The position numbers and the translations under genes are program-made. Below the pieces are notes generated by a model that was not told the origin of the DNA, searched no databases, and saw only the letters and a program-made list of their open reading frames with translations. Positions 31,429-42,200 of a stretch of 64,000 bases of DNA are shown piece after piece (within the stretch, counting starts at the first letter, position 1; every line of letters starts with the position of its first letter). This DNA comes from an uncultured delta proteobacterium. GTDB lineage: Bacteria > Myxococcota > Myxococcia > SLRQ01. The DNA lies in contig CAVSGM010000001.1 in NCBI GenBank assembly GCA_963727485.1, forward strand, positions 576,001-640,000. Reading direction: 5' to 3'.

Positions 31429-32478
31429 ATGCACGGCCTGCTCCTCGTCAACCTCGGCACCCCCGACGACACCTCCACCCGGGCGGTGCGCCGCTACCTC
31501 CGGGAGTTCCTCTCGGACCCGCGGGTCATCGACCTCTCGCCTCTGGGGCGCTGGCTCCTGCTCAACGCCATCATCCTGCCCTTCCGCCCGGCGAAGAGCG
31601 CCGAGGCCTACCGCAAGATCTGGAACGACCGGGGCTCGCCGCTCCTCCACCACGGCGTCAATCTCGCAAAGCAGGTGCGCAGCCGTCTCGGCGCTGGATG
31701 GGAGGTGGCGCTGGGGATGCGCTACGGGAGCCCGCCGGTCGACGGCGCCCTGAAGCAGCTCGAGGCCGCCGGCTGCGACCGCGTCGTGGTCCTCCCGCTC
31801 TACCCCCAGTACGCCTCGTCGAGCACCGGCTCCACCCTGGAGAAGGTCTACGAGCTCGCCGGCACCCGGGAGAACGTGCCCTCACTGTGCGCCGTCCCCG
31901 CGTTCCACGCCGACCCGGGCTTCCTCGACGCGGCGGCCAAGGTCGCCCGCGCCGCCCTCGAGGGCGTCGAGGTCGACCACGTGCTCTTCAGCTTCCACGG
32001 CCTCCCCGAGCGGCAGGTGCGCAAGGCCAATCCCACCGGCAGCCACTGCCTCGCCTCCGGCAGCTGCTGCGACCAGGACGTCCCGGCGAACGCCCACTGC
32101 TACCGCCACCAGTGCTACCTCACCGCCCGGGCCCTCGCCGCGCGCCTCGCGCTGGCCGACGACGGCTACAGCGTGAGCTTCCAGTCGCGCCTCGGACGCA
32201 CGCCCTGGATCCATCCCTACACCGATCACGTGCTCCCCGAGCTCGTGGCCAAGGGCGTCAAGCGCCTGGCGGTGCTCACCCCGTCGTTCGTCGCCGACTG
32301 CCTGGAGACCCTGGAGGAGATCGGCATCCGCGGCCGCGACCAGTTCCTCGCCTGCGGGGGCGAGCACTTCGTGCAGGTGCCCTGCGTCAACATCGACGCC
32401 GACTGGGCCGAGGCGGTCGCCGGCCTCGCGCGCCAGGCCGCCGGTGAGGGCGCCGCCTCACCCGTCACCGCCGCCTGA
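31429..32478 (+). CDS. hemH: Ferrochelatase
   Basis: LVNLGTP, YLREFLSD, GSPL, MRYG, PLYPQY, FSFHGLP, FQSRLG, DCLETLEE. Confidence 0.97.
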   Translation: MHGLLLVNLGTPDDTSTRAVRRYLREFLSDPRVIDLSPLGRWLLLNAIILPFRPAKSAEAYRKIWNDRGSPLLHHGVNLAKQVRSRLGAGWEVALGMRYGSPPVDGALKQLEAAGCDRVVVLPLYPQYASSSTGSTLEKVYELAGTRENVPSLCAVPAFHADPGFLDAAAKVARAALEGVEVDHVLFSFHGLPERQVRKANPTGSHCLASGSCCDQDVPANAHCYRHQCYLTARALAARLALADDGYSVSFQSRLGRTPWIHPYTDHVLPELVAKGVKRLAVLTPSFVADCLETLEEIGIRGRDQFLACGGEHFVQVPCVNIDADWAEAVAGLARQAAGEGAASPVTAA

Positions 32479-32525
32479 CGCCGGCGCGCATGGCGCGGGC
32501 CCGCCGCGCGTGATAACCATCGATC

Positions 32526-33410
32526 ATGGTCCAGGTCGTCTCGGCCGGGCATTGCACCGTCGATCACATCGGTGTCGTGGGGCGCTACCCGGCCCTCGAC
32601 CGCAAGGAGGAGCTGGAAGCCTTCTCGGTCCAGGGCGGCGGTCCGGCGGCGACGGCGGCGGTCACGCTCGCGACCCTCGGGGTCGCCACCGCCTTCGTGG
32701 GCAAGGTGTCCGACGACGACTTCGGCCGCTTCGCCCGCCAGAGCCTCGAGGCCACCGGCGTCGACTGCGCGGCGCTGTTGACCACCCCGGGGCGGGTGTC
32801 CCCGGTGAGCTTCGTCGCCGTGGAGCGTGAGAGTGGCAAGCGCACGGTGTTCTGGACCCGCGGCGACGTGCCGCGCCTCGAGCCCGAGGAGGTCGACCTC
32901 GCGGTCCTCGACGGGGCCCGGGTCCTCCTGGTCGACGGCCACCAGCCCGAGGCCCAGCTCCGCCTCGCCCTCGAGGCCCGTCAACGCGGCCTGGAGGTGG
33001 TGGTCGACGCCGGCGCGCTCCACCCCGGCATCGAGGCGCTGGTGAAGGTGGCCACCACCGTCGTCGCCTCCGAGCGCTTCGCCGCCGAGCTCGCCGGCGC
33101 CCCGGACCGGGCGGTGCAGGCGATCCTCGACCTCGGCCCCAGGGCGGTGGTCATCACCCTGGGCGAGGACGGGTCGGTGGGCCGCGAGGGCCCCCACTCC
33201 GAGGTGGTGGCGCCCTACCCGGTGGAGGTCGTGGACACCACCGGCGCTGGCGACGTGTTCCATGGGGCCTACGTCTATGCCTGGCTGCAGGGGTGGGGGC
33301 TGCGGCGGCGGATGGAGTTCGCCAGCTGCGCCGCCGCCCTCAAGTGCCGCCAGCTCGGCGGCCGAGCGGGGATCCCCACCCTGGCCGACATCGAGGCGGT
33401 GGTCGGCTGA
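32526..33410 (+). CDS. PfkB family carbohydrate kinase
   Basis: GGGPAATAA, FVGKVSDD, DTTGAGDVFHG. Confidence 0.93.
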   Translation: MVQVVSAGHCTVDHIGVVGRYPALDRKEELEAFSVQGGGPAATAAVTLATLGVATAFVGKVSDDDFGRFARQSLEATGVDCAALLTTPGRVSPVSFVAVERESGKRTVFWTRGDVPRLEPEEVDLAVLDGARVLLVDGHQPEAQLRLALEARQRGLEVVVDAGALHPGIEALVKVATTVVASERFAAELAGAPDRAVQAILDLGPRAVVITLGEDGSVGREGPHSEVVAPYPVEVVDTTGAGDVFHGAYVYAWLQGWGLRRRMEFASCAAALKCRQLGGRAGIPTLADIEAVVG

Positions 33411-33435
33411 CCGCCGCGACACCCGGGAGCCACCC

Positions 33436-33672
33436 ATGAAGATCCGGATCACCTACTGCGGGGCTTGAGGCTACCTCCCACGGGCCACCGGTCTGGCGGC
33501 CAACATCGAGGAGCGCCTGGGCATCACCGACGTCGAGCTGGTGCGCGGCGCCAGCGGGGTGTTCGATGTCCACGCCGACGACGAGCTGGTGTTCTCCCGC
33601 CATGAGGCGCGCCGCTTCCCCGACCCCGAGCCCGACGTCCTGGCGCCCCTGCGGGCGAGGCTCGGACGATAG
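33436..33672 (+). CDS. SelW/SelT/SelH (Rdx) family selenoprotein with a CxxU motif; UGA at 33466-33468
   Basis: MKIRITYCGA-U-GYLPRATGLA...GASGVFDV...LVFSR...RFP; GGAG RBS; frame stays open to TAG 33672. Confidence 0.85.
33483..33501 (+). promoter_or_regulatory. Candidate bacterial SECIS hairpin
   Basis: GGCCACCGGUCUGGCGGCC starting 14 nt after the UGA, with GGUC near the apex. Confidence 0.55.
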
Positions 33673-33675
33673 GCG

Positions 33676-35253
33676 ATGAGGGCGTGGTTCCCAGAGGCGA
33701 GGTGTGTCCTGGCGTCGGCGCTCGCCGCCGCCGTGCTGCTCCCGGCGGTGGCCTCGGCCGAAGCACCGGGAGCACCTGCCGGAGCGCCTGCGGGCCACCC
33801 CGCGCCCGCCCGAGCCGGCCACGGCGCAGCGCCTCCGCCCCGGGCCATCCACTACCGCTTCAACGTGGACGGGAAGCTCACCCGCCTCACCGCCCGGGTC
33901 TGCTTCGACGGCGCGCCCCCGGCCCACCTCTACCCCGGCACCTCCCGGTACCTGCGCTTCCTCACCGCGGCCAGGCGCCTGCCCCGGGGCCCGAAGCTCC
34001 CGGTGGACCGGGATGGCCTCGACCTCGACGGCGTCCCCGCCGGCGCGTGCATCCGCTACCGGATCGACCTCGCCGCCGCCGTCGCCCATCCCCCGACCCA
34101 CCAGGTGCTCCGGGTGGGCACCGACCTCCTCGCCACCCCGGACCTCTGGCTGTGGCACCCGGAACCGGCGCCCCAGGACCTGCCCATCACCGCCCGCTTC
34201 CGCCTCCCGCGCGGGATGCACGTGGCGGTGCCCTGGCCCCGGGCCGGGCGGGGCTACCGGGTGCCCTGGACCACCTTCCCCTGGCGCGTCGACGCCGCCT
34301 TCGGCCACTTCCGCACCCGGGCGGTGAAGGTGGACGGCGGGGTCCTCCACGTCACCGCCCTCGGCCACGATCTCGAGGCCCCCGAGGCGGCGGTGCTGCG
34401 CTGGGTGCGCCACTCCGCCGAGGCGGTGTCGACCCTCTACGGCCGGCTGCCCGAGCGCCGGGTGCAGCTCCTCCTGGCCCCAATCCCCGGCCAGGAAGAC
34501 GTCCTCTTCGGCGCCACCGGCCACGGCGGCGGCCCGGGGATCCTGGCCTGGGTGGGCACCGAGACCACCGCCAAGGCCCTGAAGGACGACTGGATCCTCC
34601 CCCACGAGCTCATCCACGTGGGCCAGCCCCACCTCCCGGCCAAGGCCGCGTGGCTCTTCGAGGGGCTGGCCACCTACTACGGGCCCCTGACCCGGGCGCG
34701 CGCCGGGCTCATCTCCCCGGAGCGCGCCTGGTCGCTGCTGGTCGACGGCTTCGGCCGGGGCCACAGCGAGCAGTCCACCCACACCCTCGCCGACGACAGC
34801 GCCCACATGGACCAGCGCCACAACTACTGGCGGGTCTACTGGGGCGGGGCGGCGATCCTGCTCCAGACCGACGTGGCCATGCGTCGCCAGGGCACCCCCG
34901 GGGGCCTCGACGCCCTGGTGAAGGTCCTGTGGCGCGACGAGGCGGCCCACCGCGCCGAGGACGCCGGCGGGGCCGAGGATCGCCTCGACGCCGCGGTGCC
35001 CGGCAACCCCCTGCGCAGAATCGCCACGGAGGCGCTGGGGTCGACCGGCTTCCCCAAGGTGGCGAAGACCCTGAAGTGGCTCGGTGTCGAGGTGGGCCCC
35101 GGGGGCGAGGTCACCCTCTCGGACACGGCGCCGGGGGCGGCGGTGCGCCGGGCGATGACCGCGCCGTCGGGGACGCGAACGGCGCCGCGGCTCCAGGCCG
35201 GGCACCCGCCGGCGAAGGCGGGGATGGCGGTGCCGGCAAAGCGCCGGCGCTAG
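33676..35253 (+). CDS. Secreted gluzincin metallopeptidase (M61/M1-like)
   Basis: Signal peptide; PHELIH (HEXXH) plus WLFEGLATYY; downstream VYWGG. Confidence 0.75.
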   Translation: MRAWFPEARCVLASALAAAVLLPAVASAEAPGAPAGAPAGHPAPARAGHGAAPPPRAIHYRFNVDGKLTRLTARVCFDGAPPAHLYPGTSRYLRFLTAARRLPRGPKLPVDRDGLDLDGVPAGACIRYRIDLAAAVAHPPTHQVLRVGTDLLATPDLWLWHPEPAPQDLPITARFRLPRGMHVAVPWPRAGRGYRVPWTTFPWRVDAAFGHFRTRAVKVDGGVLHVTALGHDLEAPEAAVLRWVRHSAEAVSTLYGRLPERRVQLLLAPIPGQEDVLFGATGHGGGPGILAWVGTETTAKALKDDWILPHELIHVGQPHLPAKAAWLFEGLATYYGPLTRARAGLISPERAWSLLVDGFGRGHSEQSTHTLADDSAHMDQRHNYWRVYWGGAAILLQTDVAMRRQGTPGGLDALVKVLWRDEAAHRAEDAGGAEDRLDAAVPGNPLRRIATEALGSTGFPKVAKTLKWLGVEVGPGGEVTLSDTAPGAAVRRAMTAPSGTRTAPRLQAGHPPAKAGMAVPAKRRR

Positions 35254-35988
35254 CGCGGTCCGATCACCAGCCCCGCGCCCACCGCCTGCGCGATCGCCGC
35301 CTCGGCGAGCTCCGCCGGGGCGCCCATGGCCGCCGCCGCCTCGGCGGGGTCGAGGCCCTCGTGGACCACCTTCACCGCGAAGAGCAGGTCGTCGGTGGCG
35401 CGCAGGTAGGCGGCGTGGTGCCGCTCCGGGTGCCGGAACACCAGCATCACCTCCGGCGGAATCCACCGGCTCGGGCACGGGCCAGTCGGCGGGGAGCGCG
35501 TCGGCGTCGTAGGCCTCGGCGAGCTCCAGGACCGGGTAGCCCAGCGAGAGGATCGAGAGGGTGGGGTTCAGGACCGGGGCCTCGAGGGCCTCGGGCTCGG
35601 GGATGACCTCGGGGTTCACGAAGGCCACGAACTGCTCCCACTCGAAGGCGGCGAGGTCGGCGTGGAAGGCGGTCACCCCCGCGAGCCCCGCGGCGGCGCG
35701 CTCGGCGACGTAGCCCGGGAAGGCCTCGGCGGCGCGGTTGAGCTCCCAATGGGTCGCCGGGTGGGCCTCGAAGTACCCGTCCTGGAGCGCCTCCCAGCTC
35801 GCCTCGGAGACCAGCCGGCGCACCATGGGGAAGTCGGCGTCGAGGACGTCGTCGACGTGGCCGCGGACGAAGCGCTGGTAGATGGCCAGGCGCCCGGGGT
35901 CGACGCCGGCCTCGGCGGCCGCCCCCTCGACGTCGCCGCCCCGGAAGGCCCGGTGCAGGGCCGCCTGCACCTCGCTCAAGGTCGCCAC
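35250..35988 (-). CDS. DUF2063 (HvfC/BufC-like) MNIO partner protein; apparent frameshift near 35455
   Basis: RLAIY, DFPMVRRL, FPGYV, DLAAFEW, NPTLSIL; overlaps the DUF692 stop. Confidence 0.8.
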
Positions 35989-36896
35989 GTGGCCACCTTC
36001 CCCAGGACCGACTCGCCCACGGCGCGGATGCGGTCGTTCTCGTCGGCGAGCTCGGCGATGGGCGGGATGTCGTTGTCGCGCTCGAGCAGCGTCGACACCG
36101 GGCCGGTGAGCCCGAGGGTGAAGGCGTAGAGCTCGTAGACGGGGTCGATGATCGGCGCCCCGTGGGTGTCGATGATGACGTCGTCCTCGACGGTGTGGCC
36201 GGCGAGGTGGATCTGGCCCACCCGGTCCAGGGGCAGGGCGGCGAGGTGCTCGCGGGCGTCGTAGCCGTGGTTGGTCGCGTTGACGTAGACGTTGTTCACG
36301 TCGAGGAGCAGGCCGCAGCCGCTCTGGCGCACGACCTCGGAGATGAACTCGGCCTCGCTCATCTCCGAGCCCTCATAGGCGACGTAGTAGCTGGGGTTCT
36401 CCAGGAGGAACGGCACCTTGGTGCGCGCCTGGACCTGGTGGACCCGGCGGACCACGTGCGCGAGCGCCTCCTCGGTGAAGGGCAGCGGGACCAGGTCGTA
36501 GTACTCGACGCCGAAGCCGGCGGAGTAGCACAGGTGGTCGGAGAACCACCGCATGTCGTACCGGTCGACGAGGCCGAGGAGCGCGTCGAGGTAGTCCTGG
36601 TTGAGGTCCTCGAGGCCGCCGATGTTCAGGCCCACCCCGTGCAGCGCCAGGGGCCAGAGCTTCGCGGCGCGGTCGAGGACGGCCCGGGGCCGGCCCCCGA
36701 AGGCGGCGAAGTTGTCGCCGAGGATCTCCAGCCAGTCGATCCGGTCGCGGTAGTCGAAGATCTCGTCGAAGTGCTCCCGGCGCAGGCCGACGCCGTAGCC
36801 GAGGAACGGCGTGTCGTGGTCGGCGAGGCGGGGGCCGGTCGCCGGGGCGGGCGCCGGCAGGCGGGGCTTCAGCTGGGGCTTGGGCGTGGGCTGCAT
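35976..36896 (-). CDS. DUF692 multinuclear non-heme iron oxidative enzyme (MNIO)
   Basis: GVGLRREH, LHGVGLNIG, SDHLC, LENPSYY, LLDVNNVYVN, IHLAGH, IDTHG, LERD. Confidence 0.93.
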   Translation of the reverse strand: MQPTPKPQLKPRLPAPAPATGPRLADHDTPFLGYGVGLRREHFDEIFDYRDRIDWLEILGDNFAAFGGRPRAVLDRAAKLWPLALHGVGLNIGGLEDLNQDYLDALLGLVDRYDMRWFSDHLCYSAGFGVEYYDLVPLPFTEEALAHVVRRVHQVQARTKVPFLLENPSYYVAYEGSEMSEAEFISEVVRQSGCGLLLDVNNVYVNATNHGYDAREHLAALPLDRVGQIHLAGHTVEDDVIIDTHGAPIIDPVYELYAFTLGLTGPVSTLLERDNDIPPIAELADENDRIRAVGESVLGKVATWRP

Positions 36897-36934
36897 GGGC
36901 GTCCGGTGGAACTTGGTCCGGGGCCGCCCCAAGG

Positions 36935-38464
36935 TTACGGCGGCCCTGGGAGAAGATAGCCCGCCGGCGCGTGGGGATCACGGGGGAGGCGACCGGCGGC
37001 GACCTCGGCCCTTGGGGGGATCACCCGCGTGCCCTCGCGCCACCTTCGCCAGGGGCCGCCGCCGTCGCGGCAGCCGCAGCTCGCCCGGTCGTGGTCGGTG
37101 CACCAGAGATCGAGGTGGAGGTAGTGGTCGAAGGGCCTCGCGTGGGTGGGCGCGTGGAGGACGATCCCGGCGATGGTGAGCAGGGCCTCGGAGGCGCCGG
37201 CGCGCCGCCCGGCGGCCAGCAGGCCCGCCTCGAGGCCCTTGGACACGAACACGAAGCGCAGGTGCCCGTGCCCCTCCGGACGCGCCCTCCCGGTGACCGG
37301 GTCCACCACCCCGATGGCCGGGTCCTCGAGGAGGGCGGCGACGAGCTGCCAGGTGCGGTCGAAGTCCACGTGGTAGGCGGCGGGGGGCACCGGGCAGAGC
37401 GCCTCCTGGAGCCCGCCCCGGATCCGGCCGCGGACGCAGCCCGCCGGCGGCGGGTCGCCCGGGTCGAGGTAGAGGCGCCGGGTGCCCGCCTCGCTCGTGC
37501 CCTCGTCGTCGAAGCGGAGGGTGCTCTCCACCGCCGGGACCGGCTGACCTGCGGTGTCGTCGACGAAGAACGCGAGGTCGGCGGCGCGCCCGGCGCCATG
37601 ACTGTGGCCGTAGATCCCCGGGTGGAACGGGTCCTGGTGTGCCTGGGAGCCAGTGGGGCCCGAGAGGTTGAGGACCATCAGGGGCGGGGCGCCCGGGGCT
37701 CTCGTCGCGGCCCCGGCGCGCTCGATGGCGGCGATGAGGGCGTCGGTGCCGAAGTCGAGGTGCCGGTGGGGGAAGAGCTGGGCGAAGCCGGGGCCACGCA
37801 GGGGGAGCTCGGCGGGGTGCTCGAGGGGGCCGGTGGTGCGGGCGCCGGCGCTGCACGAGGGCGCCTTGGCCGGGCGGGGCGTGGGCGGGGCCGGGGCCAG
37901 GAGGTCGGCGGTGCCCCGCGGGGGACGGTGCCGGGGGCCGGGCTTCTTCGCGCGCCGGGCCGCCCGCAGCGCGGTGTGGAGGGCGGTGTGGGGATGGACC
38001 TCGGCGTCGGCGTTGGCGACCCGGTGGGTCCCCCGCCACCCGGGGGGCAGGGCGGTGAAGGCGGCGATGGCCGGGAGCGGCGGCCGGCCGTGGCTTGGCG
38101 CCGCCGGCCGGGTCGGCATCGGGGGCACGAAGCGCTGCCACAGGAGCACCACCGCGGCCAGCAGCAGGGTCCCGGGGACGAAGGCGAGGCACAGGGCGAG
38201 GGCCGCGGCGCCGAGCCCCCGGGCCATCCGTCGCAGCCGGGGCCGGGGCCGGCGGAGCACGTCCGCGGCGCGCTGGGGCATGCCCACCAGGGTCCTCCAC
38301 GCCACCCGGCCGGCGGCGAGGGCCAGGGAGACCGACGCCGCGATGGCCTGGCCGAGGCGGCTCCAGGTCCCGGCGCCTTCATGCAGGCGCCCGACGGTGC
38401 GCGCCCGGCGGTCGGCGAGCCAGATGACGACGGCGGTCTCGGTGGTGTCCTCGGCGGGGGGCAT
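36935..38464 (-). CDS. Membrane-anchored MepA-like (penicillin-insensitive murein endopeptidase) protein
   Basis: N-terminal TM pair; FGTDAL, SHGAGRAAD (Hx6D), DFDRTWQLV, HYLHLDLWC. Confidence 0.65.
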   Translation of the reverse strand: MPPAEDTTETAVVIWLADRRARTVGRLHEGAGTWSRLGQAIAASVSLALAAGRVAWRTLVGMPQRAADVLRRPRPRLRRMARGLGAAALALCLAFVPGTLLLAAVVLLWQRFVPPMPTRPAAPSHGRPPLPAIAAFTALPPGWRGTHRVANADAEVHPHTALHTALRAARRAKKPGPRHRPPRGTADLLAPAPPTPRPAKAPSCSAGARTTGPLEHPAELPLRGPGFAQLFPHRHLDFGTDALIAAIERAGAATRAPGAPPLMVLNLSGPTGSQAHQDPFHPGIYGHSHGAGRAADLAFFVDDTAGQPVPAVESTLRFDDEGTSEAGTRRLYLDPGDPPPAGCVRGRIRGGLQEALCPVPPAAYHVDFDRTWQLVAALLEDPAIGVVDPVTGRARPEGHGHLRFVFVSKGLEAGLLAAGRRAGASEALLTIAGIVLHAPTHARPFDHYLHLDLWCTDHDRASCGCRDGGGPWRRWREGTRVIPPRAEVAAGRLPRDPHAPAGYLLPGPP

Positions 38465-38657
38465 CGGGTCTCCTCCGACACGCGGCCGTGGCGCCCATGC
38501 CACGAAATCCAGGTCCACCGCGCGTCTTCGGGGGGTAGTGCACCGGCCGTGCCGGTCCCCTGGGGTACCGACGCCGGGCTCGACATCCCGGGCCCCCCGA
38601 CTTACGTTGGCGCCTGGATGGGCGTCCCGAAGGGGCCGCCCCGCTCCGTGAAAACCT

Positions 38658-39011
38658 GGGGGCGAACTGGCTTCGACGAGGGTAGTGAAGCGCAGGTCGC
38701 ATGCCGTGGCTCCGCAACCACGTCAAAAGCGGAAACAACACAAAAGCCAACCACGACGTTGAGCTCGCCCTCGCGGCCTAAACACCCGTAGAGAGCCGTT
38801 CCGCCCACCTTCGCCCAAGGGGTGGGGTCGGGGCGTAACTTATTGGGCTGGCTGACCGTCGCGCCCGGACGACGGCCGGTGAGACTTTTCCGGGACCGCG
38901 CTGGGAAGGCCCTGTCGATGGGACCTTCCGGCGTCAAAGCAAACATCGACTAAGCATGTAGTGGCCTTCGTGGAGCGCTTTCGGACGCGGGTTCGATTCC
39001 CGCCGCCTCCA
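38658..39011 (+). ncRNA. ssrA: tmRNA, tag peptide ANHDVELALAA (38746-38781)
   Basis: 5' GGGGGCGAACTGGCTTCGAC; 3' GACGCGGGTTCGATTCCCGCCGCCTCCA; tag ORF ending ALAA-TAA. Confidence 0.97.
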
Positions 39012-39247
39012 CTCTATTGGTCCCAGGGTTCCGTACGCGGGGCCGAGCCTGGTGCTCGGCCCCGCGTCGTTGTGTCCGGGGGCTGGTCTGCCTGTCGGGA
39101 CGCGACGCCAGAGGTTGGCTCGCCGCCCGGGAGGGGCGCGCGTGCGGTCGCGTCGCCGGCCGGCCGAGCGCCTGGTCCCACGGAGGAGAGCCTCGCGGCG
39201 CGGCGGGGGGGTGACGGGGCCGGCTCCGGCTCCGGCCATGGCTCCGG

Positions 39248-42200
39248 CTACGGCGTCACGGTGAACGCCACCGGCGGGGACACCGCCTGGCTCGCCGGAG
39301 TGTAGTACGGATAGGCCACCGTCGCCGGGGCGCGCAGGTTCCCGGCCATCGTCGCCACCGCCGAGAACCGCAGGCTCCGGGTCTGACCGGCGGCCAGCCG
39401 CGTGAGGTAGAGCACCACGCCACTCTTGCCCTGCTCCCACCGGGAGATGAGGCGCTGGGCCACCAGGCTGTCGAGGGTCGAGGTCACCGGCTGCATGCCC
39501 GGCGCCAGGCCCACCTGCACCAGGACCTGGTCGAGGTTGCCGGTGTTGGCGTTGGCCACCGCGACGTCCACCAGGTCGGTGCCGCCGACGGCGAGCTGGG
39601 TCTGGCCATGGGTGACCGCCACGCCCACGCCCCCGGCGGTCTTCCCGCCGGCCCAGTCGAGGTGGTGCACCCCGGTGACCTGGTACATGAGCTTGCCGGT
39701 GCCCTGCATGGTGGCCGCGACCTGGTGCGCGCCGGTGGTGGCGAAGCTCGAGAGATCGAGGGTGCGCACCACGTCGCTGTCCTGCGGGGTCACGGTGATC
39801 GTCCCGGCGCTCTGGCCGTCGACGGTCACGGTGAGGGTGGCGTTCACGTCGGGCTTCCCGGCGCCGGTGACGCTCTCGGTGAAGGCCCGGAGCGCCTGCA
39901 CCGTGGACTGGGTCTGGCCCCAGACCCCCAGCGCGTTCTTGTGGGCCACCAGGTAGGCCAGCGCCCCGCCCGCGGCGTCGGGGTAGGCGCCGGCGCGGAT
40001 GAAGGCCTGGGCCGCCACCGCGGTGGTCTCGAGGCCGGCGCTGTCGCCGGTGGCGCCGGTCCACGAGTGGAGGTCCGGTGCCTTCCAGGTGTAACGGCCC
40101 TGGGCGTCGACGGTGGCCTCGCCGTCGAGGGTGGAGAGCGCCGCCGCGGCCTCGCTGCTCCCGGCCTCGGTCAGCGCCCGGGAGACGATGGCCAGGGTGA
40201 AGGGCGCCTGGATGCCCGCGCGCACCCTCGAGGCGAGGTACTGCTCGCCGTGGGCCACCACCGAGTCGTGGCCGCCGGCGACCGCGAGGGCCTCCACCGC
40301 GAAGGCGGTGACGATGGCGGGATCCTCGGAGAGGAACTCGTCGCCCATGTGGAGTGCGTCGCCCTTGGGCCACGAGCCGTCGGCCTGCTGCTGCGCGGCG
40401 AGCCAGTCGGCGTTCTTGGTGACGATGCCCTGGTCGATGTCGATGAGGCCGTCCATGTCGTGGAGGATCCGGATGCCCAGGGCGGTGAGGATCTTGTTGC
40501 CCGGGGTGTCGTCGCCCCACCAGTTGAACCCGCCCTGGGGGCTCTGGTAGCTGACCAGCAGCTCGTAGCCCGCCTGGATGTCGTCCAGGACCTGCTTGCG
40601 CATCTCGGCGGTGCCGCTCCCGGTGGCCTGGTAGTAGCGGGCCACCATCACGTCGGGCCAGGTGGAGCTGGTGGACTGCTCGAAGCAGCCGTGGGGCTGC
40701 TTGACCACCGCGTCGATGCCCTCCACCGTCTGCGCCATCACGCCGGGGTAGACCTTGAAGGCGAGGTGGTCGCTGCCGGGGATGGCGTCGGCGGGGAAGG
40801 TCACCGTGGTGCTCACCGTCCCCGGCTTCAGGGTGCCCGACTGGCCCTGGTCGACCTCCTGGCCCCCGGGCTGGACCAGCAGGGTCCGGGACACCGCGTC
40901 GTGGAGGCTCGCGCCGTCGGCGGCCACCGAGAAGGTGTGGGTGCCGACCCCGCTCGCCTGGACGGTGAAGGTGGTGCCCTTCACCTCGCCGGGCCCCAGG
41001 TCCACGGTCTGCGAGGGCGCCGAGACCAGGGTGTACCAGCTCGCCGGCTGGGCGGTGACCGTCACCGACTGGGGATCCTGCGTGTAGTTGTAGACGGCGA
41101 CGGGGACCTGGAGCTGGTCCCCGCGGGTGATGGCCGGGGGCAGGGTGACGTCCACGAAGAAGCGCTGGAAGACGTCGAGGTTCCCCGAGCCGTCGCCGAC
41201 CCGGCCGTCGAGGGTGCTGGCGGTGGCGGCGACCTTCCAGTCGGTGATGCTGTCGGCGGCGGTGACCGGCACCGTGGCGTGCCCGCTGGGGTCGGTGATG
41301 ACCGCCGGCTGGAAGAGCAGGGTCTCGGGGAAGTAGCTGCGCACGTGCATCGCCGGGGTCGCCGGCGCGGGACCGTTGGTGCCCGGAGCCGCGGCCCCCG
41401 TATCGGCGGTGCCCCCGGCGGCGCCGCCCATGGCCGGGGCGCCGAAGCCGCCCCAGATGCCGCCCTGGTCGTAGTACCCGCCGTCGGAGAGGAGCTGGTA
41501 GAGGTCCAGGTCGGTGGAGAGGTCGTCGCCGGTGCCGCGCACCTCGTCGGGCCCCGCGGACACCAGGTGCACCGAGAACCGGGTCTGATCCGCCGAGGCC
41601 GTCAGCGGCTGGCCGAAGGCGTCGCCCATGCCCCGGGCCGCCTGGATGACCACGCTCGGCGCGTTCTGGGCGGTGAGGCTGCCCGCCTTCACCTCGCTGA
41701 CCATCACCGCACGCAGGGCCGCCACGTCCCGGTCGAAGGCCGGCTGCACCTGGTCCTTCAGCTTGGGCAGGGCGTCGCGCCAGGAGTCGCCGTCGATGCC
41801 CCAGGCCGGGTGCGGCCCGGCGGCGGCGAAGAGGAAGCGCGCGGCGGCCTGGCGGTCGGCGCCGCTGCCGCCGAGGATCTCGCGCGCCGCGTGCCCGGCG
41901 ACCGGGGCGGGCACCTCGCCGGCGAAGGCGAGGTCGGCGGCGTCGTGGCCCGGGGCGCCGGCGCCGAGGGCGAAGACCGCGGGGTCGACGACGGACACGC
42001 CCACCGCGGCGGGGACGCCCTGGCCGGAGGCGTCGTCCACCTGGATGTCGAGGGCCCCGGACTGCCCGGGAGCCAGGGTCGAAGGGGCGCTCACCTTCAC
42101 CGCGAGCTGCCGGTGGGCGTCGACGAAGATCGTCCGGGAGGCGTGCAGCACCCGGCCCGCCGACGAGGCAGCCGACGCCTCGACGACGAGCGCCCCGGAG

